Positions 6,723 to 17,082 of a stretch of DNA of 64,000 nt are shown here, one piece after another. The notes under the pieces were generated by a model. That model was not told the DNA's origin and ran no database searches. It saw nothing but the letters and a program-made list of their open reading frames with translations. The stretch's first letter is position 1; every line of letters starts with the position of its first letter. The stretch comes from Candidatus Eiseniibacteriota bacterium (GTDB lineage Bacteria; Eisenbacteria; RBG-16-71-46; JABDJR01): contig CAWANH010000028.1 of the NCBI GenBank assembly GCA_963783375.1, positions 192,001 to 256,000 of the forward strand. Direction: 5' to 3'. Position numbers and translations under genes: made by a program.

Positions 6723-8009
6723 GTGCGTCCCCGGGGAAGCAATGTTCGCAATAAAGACCGCGCAACAAACATCCGCCGCCATTCAGCCATCGATCGACCG
6801 ACCTGGGGGATTGGACACGGCTCACGGACGCGGACCCGCGGGCGCGACGCCACCGACCCCCGTGCGTCCCCGGGGAAGCAATGTTCGCAATAGGGAATCC
6901 AATGCGGTGTGGTGGTCGGGGGGAACGAGAGGGTGGGCGCACGGCGGCTCGGACCCTGGGGCGGCCGACCGGGCCGGCCCTGCCCCCGAGCGAGGCGCGA
7001 ATCTGAAGGCGTGATGGGTGCGAAGCGGGTCCCGTCGCGCCTGAAGAGCGAGCGAAGGATCGTCCGGTGGACGATCCGAGGGAGCGCTGAGCGCCGAGAC
7101 GAGGGGGCACCGGCCCGGAGGCCGCACACGCCGACCCCCGTGCGTCCCCGGGGAAGCAATGTTCGCAATAGGGAATCCAATGCGGTGTGGTGGTCGGGGG
7201 GAACGAGAGGGTGGGCGCACGGCGGCTCGGACCCCGGGGCGGCCGACCGGGCCGGCCCTGCCCCCGAGCGAGGCGCGAATCTGAAGGCGTGATGGGTGCG
7301 AAGCGGGTCCCGTCGCGCCTGAAGAGCGAGCGAAGGATCGTCCGGTGGACGATCCGAGGGAGCGCTGAGCGCCGAGACGAGGGGGCACCGGCCCGGAGGC
7401 CACACACGCCGACCCCCGTGCGTCCCCGGGGAAGCAATGTTCGCAATAGGGAATCCAATGCGGTGTGGTGGTCGGGGGGAACGAGAGGGTGGGCGCACGG
7501 CGGCTCAGACCCCGGGGCGGCCGACCGGGCCGGCCCTGCCCCCGAGCGAGGCGCGAATCTGAAGGCGTGATGGGTGCGAAGCGGGTCCCGTCGCGCCTGA
7601 AGAGCGAGCGAAGGATCGTCCGGTGGACGATCCGAGGGAGCGCTGAGCGCCGAGACGAGGGGGCACCGGCCCGGAGGCCACACACGCCGACCCCCGTGTA
7701 TCCCCGGGGAAGCAATGTTCGCGATAAGGAATTTATCGCGACGTGGTGGTCGGGGGGAACGAGAGGGTGGGCGCACGGCGGCTCGGACCCCGGGGCGGCC
7801 GACCGGGCCGGCCCTGCCCCCGAGCGAGGCGCGAATCTGAAGGCGTGATGGGTGCGAAGCGGGTCCCGTCGCGCCTGAAGAGCGAGCGAAGGATCGTCCG
7901 GTGGACGATCCGAGGGAGCGCTGAGCGCCGAGACGAGGGGGCACCGGCCCGGAGGCCACACACGCCGACCCCCGTGTATCCCCGGGGAAGCAATGTTCGC
8001 AATAAAGAC
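6723..8009 (+). repeat. Tandem array of four 278-bp units bounded by a shared 31-37-bp motif
   Basis: Motif gtgYRtccccggggaagcaatgttcgcRata starts at 6723, 6862, 7140, 7418, 7696 and 7974 (spacing 139, then 278 four times); units differ by a few SNPs and one 20-nt variant segment. Confidence 0.95.
6969..7118 (+). ncRNA. Candidate structured RNA element (150 nt), first of four array copies (others at +278, +556, +834)
   Basis: Closing stem 6969-6987/7103-7118, hairpins 7007-7042, 7057-7077 and gcgc-tga-gcgc; four compensatory pair changes versus the copy at 54152-54301. Confidence 0.55.
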
Positions 8010-8165
8010 TCTCGCGGGGGTATCAAGACACGGTGATCGTGCGAGCGTGCGCCCGCCCGCACACCCCCAACGCGAACGGGCGGCCCGCCCAGGAGCCGCC
8101 CGCATCGCTTGTTCCGTCGGGTCACGTCGGAGGCACCCGGCTCCGCCGCCGCCCCCGGCCCCTCC

Positions 8166-8906
8166 CTACCGCATCCGGATGAAGATCCAGTACCCCACCG
8201 CCACCAGGAGCACGCCGACCATGATCGCGGTCAGCTCGGGACCGTACCGGTTCACCACCGGCTGGAAGATCCCGCCCAGGGTGGGAGTGTGGAAGCCGCC
8301 CACCGCGCCCTTGGCGCTACCCCATGCGTCGCCCATGAACCCGCCGACCCGGCCGGAGGAAACCGGCTGTCCCCCGGTGATGCGCTGCCAGGGGACGAAC
8401 ACCACCACCGCCCACACCGCCGCAACGAGCACCGCGAGCCGCACCACGAACTTCACGAACCAGCCCCCGAAGGAGCGGCCGCGAAGCGCCCCGGGAGGCG
8501 CGGAGACCGCCACCGGCCGGGCCTGGGGACGATGGTTCTGCTTGGCCGAGGGCGTGGGCACTCCCTTCAGCCGGTTCAGGAAGAGGTACTGGCGGTGCCA
8601 CTCGCGCTCGAACTCCTCCCGGTCGCGCGGGCTGGGGGGCTCGCTCACCTGGAGGTTGGTGTAGCGGTTCAGGAACTCGCCGAGGCTCCGCTGATGACCG
8701 TGAACTTCCTGGGACGCCCCCGTGGGGGCCCCGGTGGTCACCCCGGCCAGGTTCTCGGCGATCCTCCCCTTCAGCTCCAGGAACCGCCGTTCCTCCTCGG
8801 GGGTCACGTCCTCGGCCCCCATGCGGGTCACCACCAGGGTCCGGTAGTCCACCCACTGGCCGATCAGCTTCTCCAGCCGTTTCTTGTAGTTGCTGTTCGA
8901 GAACAT
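8166..8906 (-). CDS. Hypothetical membrane protein (2 TM segments) at the end of the pil cluster
   Basis: ATG with GAGG upstream, GC3-biased codons, hydrophobic stretches FVVRLAVLVAAVWAVVVFV and IMVGVLLVAVGYWIFI. Confidence 0.7.
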   Translation of the reverse strand: MFSNSNYKKRLEKLIGQWVDYRTLVVTRMGAEDVTPEEERRFLELKGRIAENLAGVTTGAPTGASQEVHGHQRSLGEFLNRYTNLQVSEPPSPRDREEFEREWHRQYLFLNRLKGVPTPSAKQNHRPQARPVAVSAPPGALRGRSFGGWFVKFVVRLAVLVAAVWAVVVFVPWQRITGGQPVSSGRVGGFMGDAWGSAKGAVGGFHTPTLGGIFQPVVNRYGPELTAIMVGVLLVAVGYWIFIRMR

Positions 8907-9060
8907 GGCGCTCTTACCTCGTTTCAGCGGGGAAGGGAGAGGTGCCACCGCTCCCGCTCCCCCGTTGGGTTTTCGAAACGCAGGTCCGGCCCCCCTGCCG
9001 GCCCCCGGGTCCGCGCTTCTCGCGGACGCTACCTGGAATCCATGCCCTCCTCGCGTCGTT

Positions 9061-10128
9061 CTACGCCCGCTTCAATCCCCGCATCTTCTCCGAGTCCTGG
9101 ATCCGCGTCACCACGTCCACGTAGTCCACCACCCCCTGCTGGTAGAGCCCCAGGAGGTCGTCGTCCAGGAGCTTCATCCCGTCCCGGTAGTGGGTGGCGA
9201 TGGCGTTGTTGATCTGGTGGATCTTCCCTTCGCGGATCAGGTTCGAGATCGGGGAGTTCACGAACATGGTCTCGCGGGCGCAGATCCGCCCCGGGGCGTC
9301 GGTCCGCCGGAGCAGCGTCTGGGACACCACCACCTTCAGGGTCAGGGAGAGCCGGGTCCGGATCTCCGCCTGGTGCTCCAGGGGGAACACGTCGATGATC
9401 CGGTTGATGGTCTTGGCCGCCGACTGGGTGGACAGGGTGGAAACCACGATGTTTCCGGTCTCCGCCGCGGTCAGCGCCACCTCCATGGTCTCGCGGTCCC
9501 GCATCTCCCCCACGAAGATGATGTGGGGCATCTGCCGGAGCGCCGCCTTGAGCCCCCGCACGTATCCCTTGGTGTCGAACCCGATCTCGCGCTGGTCGAT
9601 CAGGCACGTCTTGTTCTTGAACATGAACTCGATCGGGTCCTCGATGGTGATGACGTGCTTGGGGACCCCGTGCTCCGCGTTCAGGTACTCGATGTACGAG
9701 GCGATGGTGGTGGACTTCCCCGCCCCGGTGGGGCCGGTGATGAGGATGAGCCCGTTGGGCTTGTTCACCATCTCCATGAGCGTCCGGTCCGAGAGCCCGA
9801 TGGACCGGTAGTCCGGAATCTCCAGGGGCACCAGCCGGAGCACCGCGGCCACCGTCCCCCTCTGCTGGTAGACGCTCACCCGGTAGCGGGCCAGGTTGGG
9901 AACGTGGTAGCCCACGTCCAGCTCGCGCTCGTTCTCGAAGATCCGGCGCTGGTCCATGGTGAGGAACTGGTAGACGAGTTCCTGGGACTCCGTCCCGCTC
10001 AGGACCCACTCCGGATCGAGGGGCTCCAGGGCCCCGTGTACGTGGTACGTGATGGGCGCCCCGGCGGAGATGATGACGTCGCTGGCCTGGCGGTCTACCG
10101 ATTCGCGGAGGATCTCCATCACGTCCAT
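9061..10128 (-). CDS. pilT: Type IV pilus retraction ATPase PilT/PilU family
   Basis: ASDVIISAGAP, GLILITGPTGAGKSTT, ITIEDPIEF, AALRQMPHIIFVGEMRDRET, AAETG; start MDVME at 10128 (the track ORF fuses it to the secretin N-terminus). Confidence 0.93.
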   Translation of the reverse strand: MDVMEILRESVDRQASDVIISAGAPITYHVHGALEPLDPEWVLSGTESQELVYQFLTMDQRRIFENERELDVGYHVPNLARYRVSVYQQRGTVAAVLRLVPLEIPDYRSIGLSDRTLMEMVNKPNGLILITGPTGAGKSTTIASYIEYLNAEHGVPKHVITIEDPIEFMFKNKTCLIDQREIGFDTKGYVRGLKAALRQMPHIIFVGEMRDRETMEVALTAAETGNIVVSTLSTQSAAKTINRIIDVFPLEHQAEIRTRLSLTLKVVVSQTLLRRTDAPGRICARETMFVNSPISNLIREGKIHQINNAIATHYRDGMKLLDDDLLGLYQQGVVDYVDVVTRIQDSEKMRGLKRA

Positions 10129-10133
10129 GGCGA

Positions 10134-11418
10134 TTACCCCTGGTCCTTGATGAGGGTCGGCGTGATCTCGATCACGAGATCGGTCTGGCTGGTCTCGATC
10201 CGGTAGTGCCGGAAGAGATACCCCAGGAGCGGAATGTCGCCCAGGAGCGGGACCTTCTTCACCGTCTCCTTGCTCTCCTCCTGGAGGAGCCCGCCCAGGT
10301 AGAACTTCTGCCCGTCCTGGACCCGCACCACCGAGGTGGCCCGGCGGGTGGAGGTCTCGGGAAGGTCGTTGTCGGGCCCCACGAAGGCGATGATCGTGCT
10401 CACCTCGGGGCTCACCTGGGTGGTGATGAACCCGTCGTCGGAGATCCGGGGGACGATGTTGAGCTTCACCCCCACCTCGACCTTCTCGAGCTGGACGGTC
10501 TGGAAGGCGCCCCCCTGGACCCCGGCCGAGGAGAGGCTGGTGATCACCACCGGCACGGTCTGGCCGATGAAGATCTCCGCCGGCTGGTTGTTCATGGTGG
10601 TGATCTTGGAGTTGGCCAGGAGCTTGGCCTTCCCGTCGGTGATCAGGGCGTCGAGGGTCACCTCGAAGGACTCCACCTGGCGGTAGATGTCGCCGGTCTG
10701 GTCGTACTTGATGAAGGGGAGCTTGCTCGGGACTGGCGTCGTTCTGGGAATCGCCGGGGTTGGTCTCGGTGATCACCTGGGTCCACTTGGTGATCTTCTC
10801 CCAGTCGATCCCCAGCTCCTTCAGGTCGGTGGTGTTCACCTCCACCAGCCGGGCCTCGAACATGACCTGCTCGGGCCGCTCGTCGAGGTCCTGGACGATC
10901 CCGTCCACCTCCTCGATCACCGACTGCGGCGCCTTCACGATCACCCGGTTCCCGGAGACGTAGGCCCGGGCCTCCTTGGAGATCACCTCCAGGGCCTTCA
11001 CCACCTCGTCGGCGTTGGCGTACTGGAGGTCGTAGATCTTGGTGGTGAGTCCGGTCTGCTGGGCGAGACGCTGGGGGTCGGCCACCAGGATCGACCCGCC
11101 CACCCGCTCGTAGCCCAGGCCGGCGGCCCGGACCACCAGGTTCAGCGCCTCGCTGAACGGGGTGTCGTGGAGATGGATGCTGATGGGGCGGCCCTGCACC
11201 TCGGGGGCGGTCACGATGTTGAGACCGCTCCGGTCGGCCAGCACCCGGAGCACCGACACCACCGGGGTGCTGTCCGCGTCGAGGCTGATCAACTGCTGGT
11301 CGCTCATGGCCGCGGTCCCCGGCTGGGCCGGAGCCGGGCCCGGGGTCACCGCAAACGCGACGAGGACCAACCCGAGAACCAGGCATGCCCTCCAGATTCC
11401 TGGTTTCAACGCCATCAC
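10134..11418 (-). CDS. pilQ: Secretin PilQ/GspD family, split by a frameshift near 10730
   Basis: Signal peptide, N0/N3 domains (ISLDADSTPV...LQYANADEVVKAL...QVMFEARLVEV...ELGIDW); second frame has GKAKLLANSKITT...VGVKLNIVP...KVPLLGDIPLLGYLF. Confidence 0.88.
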
Positions 11419-11428
11419 GTGTGTCTCC

Positions 11429-11905
11429 TCACATGGTAAGGGTGAAATTCTCTCCGTCCTTGGTCACCGTCACGGCGCCGCTTCGGATGGAGACCACGGT
11501 CCATCCCTTGAACGATTCCCCGATGTGGAGGTCGCCCGAGCGCTGACCCTCCACCAGGATGCGTACGGTCGGGTTCACCTGATCGACCAGGATCATGCTC
11601 ACCCTGGGGGCCACGAGCGGGGGCGGCTCCACCGGTCCCCGATGCCGGGGCGCGGGAGGCGCGGGAGGCCAGTGCATGGGATCCCGGCCCGGATCGGGCT
11701 CGGCGGCGACGGCCGCGTCCCGGTCCAGCGCGGACTGGACGAGCGGGGCCTCCCCCGGAGCCGCCATCGTCCGGCTGGTCTCGACGGGCGACAGCACGAG
11801 CCGGGCCGCGGTCCAGGCCCGGAAGACCAGGAAGAGCCCGGTGATGAGGAGGATCAGCACCGCGACGGTGGCCGCCCCCCGCTGGTTCCGTTTCCGGGGG
11901 CTCAC
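11429..11905 (-). CDS. PilP/GspC-like assembly protein (putative)
   Basis: GTG start overlapping upstream TGA, N-terminal TM, DP motif, C-terminal beta domain (LHIGESFKGWTVVSIRSGAVTV); lies between pilO-like and pilQ. Confidence 0.55.
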   Translation of the reverse strand: MSPRKRNQRGAATVAVLILLITGLFLVFRAWTAARLVLSPVETSRTMAAPGEAPLVQSALDRDAAVAAEPDPGRDPMHWPPAPPAPRHRGPVEPPPLVAPRVSMILVDQVNPTVRILVEGQRSGDLHIGESFKGWTVVSIRSGAVTVTKDGENFTLTM

Positions 11906-12445
11906 GGGGAGGGGTCTCCGCTCAGGCTCAGCACCGAGAGGTTGAGCTTGAGGCTCATGTAGGGGTCGGCCAGACCGGTGTCCAGGGTGAAGGAATCCAC
12001 GAGGATGAGGGGCCGAGTCTCCTCGAGAGCCCTCAGGAACCGGATCTGACGATCGAAATTGCCGTAGACGCCCATGAAATAGGTGGTCCTCGTGAATGGC
12101 GTTCCTGGGAGCCCGATTTTGCATGCTCAGATCCAACAGACTCAGCCTGGCCGACTTCCGGAGGCGCTCCAGGGTGGCCAACGGCTCGGTGTGCCGGTAG
12201 GCCGCCCGCCAGTCCCCGTCCGCGGGAACGCCCTCGTTCACGTAGTCGAGAACCTCCCGGGCCTGGGCTTCCTGATTTCGGGCCGCACGCAGGCTCTTCT
12301 CCGCCGCCTCGCGACGGCCGGCCAGCCGGTCCAGATCTCCCTGGGCGGGCTGGAGCCAGAACAGGTCCACCCCCAGCGCCACCACCAGGAGCCCCAGGGC
12401 CAGGGCCAGCTCGCCGCGGGCGCCTCCCCGCTTCCGGGGGCTCAC
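11902..12445 (-). CDS. PilO-like protein, frameshifted near 12110
   Basis: N-terminal TM and coiled coil; the other frame continues YFMGVYGNFDRQIRFLRALEETRPLILVDSFTL, a PilO-like ferredoxin-fold motif. Confidence 0.65.
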
Positions 12446-13019
12446 TGGCTCCCCCCTGCTTCGGCTCGGCCGCCCGGACGATCACGTGAAAGCTCTGATC
12501 CGACTGGCTCGGGGCGGTGCCCAGGTCCACCTGGGGGAACCGGGCGGTGACCGCCGAACTCTCCCGAAGCGCCTGCATGAACCCCAGGACCGGGGTGAGA
12601 TCGGTCCCCCCGCCACTGATCCGCCCTGCCAGGTTCAACCCGTTCAAGCCGCTCTGTAGCCCCCCGACGCCGGCCTCGATCCTGGTCAGGATCAGGCTCC
12701 GGGGAAGCGCTCCCGAGACCGCCAGGAGCACCCCGGACCAATCCACCCGGGCCACCCGGGCCTGGACCAGGCTCCGGGCCAGGGCCACGTCCGCGGTTTC
12801 CGGCGCCGGCCGGGCCGCCGCCTCCACCTCCTCCACCGCCCGGGTCTCGTTCCGGACCCGTTCCCGAAGCTGGAAACCGGACACGATCAGAAAGCCGATG
12901 AGGAGGACCTCGACCCCCGCGATCACCCCGAACAGGGCCCCGCGGAGAAGGTCCCGGCGGAGACTCCCCGCCCGTTCCTCCCGCTCCGGATACAGGTTGA
13001 CGCGATACCTCACCCGCAC
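12442..13019 (-). CDS. PilN-like protein, apparent 1-bp frameshift near its 3' end
   Basis: RVNLYP N-terminal motif, TM, DWSGVLLAVSGALPRSLILTRI, VLGFMQAL; expected GTGA overlap at 12442-12445 is out of frame by one base. Confidence 0.7.
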
Positions 13020-13020
13020 C

Positions 13021-14071
13021 TCACCACCGCGCCAGGCCCACCGCGCTCACCAGACGCACCCGCTCGGTGGGCGCCAGGGGGCCATCCCCGGCCGTCTGGA
13101 GATCCCCGAGCGGGTCCACGGGCACGGCCTCGATTCCCAGGGCGGAGGCGATCCGCTCTCCCAGGCCGCTGATCAGGCTGCCCCCGCCGCACAGGTAGAT
13201 CTTCGAGACCGTGTTGATCCGCTGGCGAAGGCTCAGGAACCGGACGGTCTCCTCGATCTCCCGGATGAGCCCGGCCAGCGATTCCTCCAGCACGGACTGG
13301 ATCTGCCGCCCTTCCTCTCCCTTCAGTTCGGTGAGCATCTGCTCGGCCGTGGTCCGGTCGAAGCTCAGCTCCTTCTCGATCCGCGCGGTCAGGACGTTGC
13401 AGGTGCACTCCAGGTTCCGGACGTAGAGTCCGCGCACCGGGTGCACCGCGGCCAGAACGCTGTTGACCGCCCCGAGATCCAGGACCACCACCGCCGCATC
13501 CGCCTCGGGATCCGGAGGATACGCCTCCAGGACCGCGTTCACCGCGGGGAGCGGATCGGCCTCCACCGCCCCCGGGTCGATCCCCACCGCGTCCAGAATC
13601 TTGAGCGCCCGGTCCCGCCGGGCCCGGGGGGCGGCAACCAGGAGCACTTCCTGACCGCCCGCGCTTCTCCTTGTCCTTCCCGTCCGCCGGGACCGGGGAC
13701 CGGCCCAGGATCTGGAAATCCAGACAGGGATCCTGGAGGCTCTCCAGGGGAAGGTGTTTCTTGGCCTCGAACGGCAGGGCGGCCCGGAGTTCCTCGGGGC
13801 TGAGCGCGGGGAGGGACACCTGGCGCAGGTGGACGTCCCGCCCGCTCACCGAGGTCACGACCCGGCCCAGGCGCCGGGACTTGAGCCCCAGCTCCCGCAT
13901 CAGCTCGGCCAGGGCCCGCGCCCGGCCCTCCACGTTGTCCCCGCCGTTTCCGGCGACCGCCCGGAGCCCCCAGTGGGTGAGGACCGGTCCGTTCCCGTTT
14001 TGCTCCAGGCGGACCAGCTTCACCGTATGGTGCCCCAGGTCGATCCCGGTGGCTGTACGTCGCGACAGCAA
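13021..14071 (-). CDS. pilM: Type IV pilus assembly protein PilM, frameshifted near 13655
   Basis: GIDLGHHTVKLV, FEAKKHLP, LDFQIL, then VLLVAAP, VVLDLGA, IYLCGGGS, SAVGLA in the second frame; AGGAGG RBS. Confidence 0.88.
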
Positions 14072-14125
14072 GAACCCTCCTTCTTGGCTGCGCCTGAATC
14101 CGAATCGAGCCGTATCCTAACCGGT

Positions 14126-15497
14126 TTACGGGTTGGGCGCTACCTCCCGCCATTCCAGGACCACCATCTCGCCGGTGGTCCCGTCCTGCTTGTACCAGTC
14201 GGGTCCGAAGGGGAGCTTCGCGACGAAACCGTCGTTGTAGTCAAGGGTCGGACCGCCGCGGGTCGTGAGATCCCGGAGGACGATCAGGGCCCCGGTCAGG
14301 GAGAAGTTCCCGTTGATGAGTGGCACGTCCCGGGTCACGTAGAGAAGTGCCGGATTGGCCGCGGTCCCGACGGTGACCTGGGCGGCGTTTTGGTCGAAGT
14401 CGTGGACCACCAGGGCCAGGCCGTTGTCCGGTTCGAAGGTGGCCTTGGTCTTGCAGCCGGAGCGTCCCCCCCGGCCACTTCGTCCAGTTGAGGCGATCAT
14501 CGTCGGTCGCCCCGAAGAAGCGGGTGTTGATGATGGTCGTCTTGATCGACTGACCTCCGGTCATCTGGATCTGGATGTCGGCGATACTGGCCGGGAGGCT
14601 GGCGATGATCGCCCCAAAGTTCACCACCACCGAGGTGTTCCCGGCGACGGTGTCGAGCTTGAACACCCCGTTCACCGGATCGAAGTAGTGGGCCACGTCG
14701 CCGCCCTTGAAGTCGTAGCTGAACACGCGCCGCCCCCGGACGACGATGACGCAGGTCATGGAGTCACCAGGGACGGATTGGATCTCGACGCCGCGTTCCG
14801 GTCGAAGATCTTCGCGTGAAGCGGAGTCCCCGGGCTTCATGAGGCTGTTCCCGACCACGTAGTAGTAGGTCGAGTTGGGGTAGTGGCCGGGCTCGGTGTA
14901 AATCTTGGGGGGATCGAGATGGAATCCCTCGGTGTAGGTTCCACCGCAGTCCAGGTGAACGTCGTTCTTTCCGAAGTCCGCGTCGCCGTTGGCGTGGATG
15001 TGACCGTCAAGGCAGATGTTGCCCTTGGCGTCGATATCGTTCATGACGATCATCTCTTCATTGATGCCGAAGTTGGGCACGGTCACCCAGGTATCGATGG
15101 CCCGCTTCGCGTTCCGGACCGTGCCCTCGGAGTGGACCTTCAGGATGTCCAGCGGAATGCCCTTGATCGTGTAGGTCGGGCTTCCGTTCCAGGTGGCGTC
15201 GGTGACGGTCACCGAATAGACGCCGTTCCCCTCGGCAACATCGGTGAGGGGACCGCGCCAGGCCAGGTCCTTGGCGAACTCGGCCCGCGCCCGCTCCACC
15301 CCGCCGTCGGCCAGGTAGAACGCCTCGGAGGAGTTCTGGCGGTAGAGCGCCCCATGGGTCTCGTAGCCGGCCACCGCGAAGTAGGCAAGACCGACGATGG
15401 TGACGATGAAGATGAAGACGGTGACGGTGAAGAGCGCCAGCCCGCGCTGGTCGCCCAGCCGCCCGAAGTTCCCTAGTGTCATCCGGGTCTTCCTCAT
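14126..15497 (-). CDS. PilX/GspK-like minor pilin with large C-terminal domain, frameshifted near 14470
   Basis: QRGLALFTVTVFIFIVTIVG PilX-type prepilin segment, AFYLADGGVERA, SEGTV; C-terminus VVLEWRE in a second frame. Confidence 0.7.
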
Positions 15498-15527
15498 ATC
15501 GGAGTCCCCCTCGCTTTGAATCCGGCC

Positions 15528-16035
15528 CTACGGGGCGCCGGTGGAATCAACGATCACGTATCGGCGATTGCGGATCGAGGCCTTGCTCTCGACCTTCACC
15601 TTGTCGAATCCCTTGCTCTGGAGTTCCAGGACGATGTTCACGGTGGTGGTATCGGCGTTGATGGTCGAAGGTGAGATCGGTGCAGCGGGTAGTCGGTGAG
15701 CGGGCTGCCGTTCTGGGTCGCCTTGGTCCCGGCCCCCGACCCAGTCGTAGACCGCGAACTGGGTCCCGAAGGTGTCGTAGCAGACCAGCCGGGACGGCGC
15801 GCCCGAGTTGTATCCGAGTCCACCGGGAGCGGCGGACGTCCCGGGCGATCTGCTCGACCGCCCGGGTGGCTTCTCCCTGCATGACCGACCTTGTCGTTCC
15901 CCAGGCGGAACGAGGTGTTGCTCTGGAGGACGATCACCCCCGCGGCCAGGACCACGATGATGGAGATGAAGCTCGCGATCATGAGCTCGATGGTGGTGAA
16001 ACCCGGCCGTACGACGTCCGGCGACGGAATCTCAC
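15528..16035 (-). CDS. PilW-like minor pilin, multiply frameshifted
   Basis: GFTTIELMIASFISIIVVLAAG prepilin motif, QGEATRAVEQIARDVRRS, C-terminal VESKASIRN, each in different frames. Confidence 0.6.
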
Positions 16036-16517
16036 AGCCGCCTCCCCACTTCCGATGGTCACGGTGACCGAGCGGGACACTTGGGGGCCGGTTGTAGTCC
16101 ACGATCGAAGTTCCAGGAAACGCTGTCACCTTGACGCCGGCCCAGGAACTCATCCACCGTCTTGTCGTAGCTCACGGTGAAAGCCGACCTTGTAGGTCCG
16201 TCCGTCCACAACCAAGGTCGTGTCGTTCGCCGGCGGTACCGTTGTCGCGCCTGGCGGCTGATCAGGTAGGCGAAGTCCCAGCGGCGCAGCTGCTCGATCC
16301 GCTCCTGGGCCACCGCGGTGGCCTTCCGGCGGTCCTCCTCGTAGTCCACCTGGATCCGGCCGCGCACGAAGAACTGCATGAGGCCGTACATGACGATGAT
16401 CACGAGGATCGCGGCCACCATGACCTCGATGAGCGAGAACCCGGACTCACCGGGTCGCGGACCCCGACGGAACCGATGATGGGCGATCGATGCGAGGTGA
16501 TCCATGGTCATATTCAT
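16032..16517 (-). CDS. PilV-like minor pilin, frameshifted in its 3' half
   Basis: ESGFSLIEVMVAAILVIIVMYGL prepilin motif and ATAVAQERIEQLR; boundaries approximate. Confidence 0.65.
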
Positions 16518-16574
16518 CCGGTGCAAAAAGGCAGGAGGGCCGCCCGGCCCGATGCCGGGCGGCCACGCCTGACG

Positions 16575-16976
16575 TTACGGAAGCGTCCGGGTCGTGATGG
16601 TCCCAGCTTGATGGATGCTCGGCACGTCGTAGACCACCTCAGCACTGGCCATCTTGTTGGTGCCGGTAGCGGTGATGGTCAGTGCGTGTTCGACGTGTCG
16701 GTCCCGGCGACGGCGTAGGTGAAGTTCTCCGTCGCGCTCAGGTCGACGATCCCGTCGCTGGTGGTCGGTATAGACGCCCTTCTCCTGGGCGTAGGCCTTC
16801 TCGGCGGTGATGATCTCGCCGATCCGGCCGGTGGCCTCGGTCATCCGGGCGTTCTTGATGTACTTCCCGTAGATCGGGATCGCGATGGCGGCGAGGATCC
16901 CAACGATCACCACCACCACCATGAGCTCGATCATGGTGAAGCCCTTCTGGCCATTCTTCTTGCGGAAGCGGTTCAT
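16575..16976 (-). CDS. pilA: Major type IV pilin (probably with compensating frameshifts in the 3' half)
   Basis: [27 protein letters not shown]...ARMTEA class III signal; GGGAGG RBS. Confidence 0.88.
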   Translation of the reverse strand: MNRFRKKNGQKGFTMIELMVVVVIVGILAAIAIPIYGKYIKNARMTEATGRIGEIITAEKAYAQEKGVYTDHQRRDRRPERDGELHLRRRRDRHVEHALTITATGTNKMASAEVVYDVPSIHQAGTITTRTLP

Positions 16977-17082
16977 CTGCGCAACCTCCCTAGTTCACGG
17001 TTGTACTCTGCTTGCTGCGGTTCCCCACCCCTCCCCAGTTCGTGCCGGGCCCCCTGGCCCGCGCGTCGGAAAAATCGAGTCC

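Noticed and set aside
7007-7109. Hammerhead ribozyme (CTGAAGAG...CGAGAC)
   Set aside because: GAAA is replaced by GAGA, no NUH site precedes the putative stem I, and the solo copy reads ATGAAGA.
6723-8009. CRISPR array
   Set aside because: The intervening sequences are about 245 bp and nearly identical rather than unique 30-40 bp spacers, and there are no cas genes in the window.
6590-8125. Long ORFs through the array, including the 867-aa extension of HNH and the repeated 127-aa ORFs
   Set aside because: These are stop-poor GC-rich repeats with a period not divisible by three; a promoter and RBS directly precede ATG 6589.
9061-11418. Secretin-PilT fusion protein (785-aa ORF)
   Set aside because: It is produced by the pilQ frameshift; the secretin C-domain lies in another frame with its own stop at 10134, and PilT has its own ATG.
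17033-17048. Sigma54 promoter upstream of pilA (CGGCACGAACTGGG)
   Set aside because: The -24 half fits but the conserved -12 GC is absent; it could be a sequence error but is unsupported as it stands.
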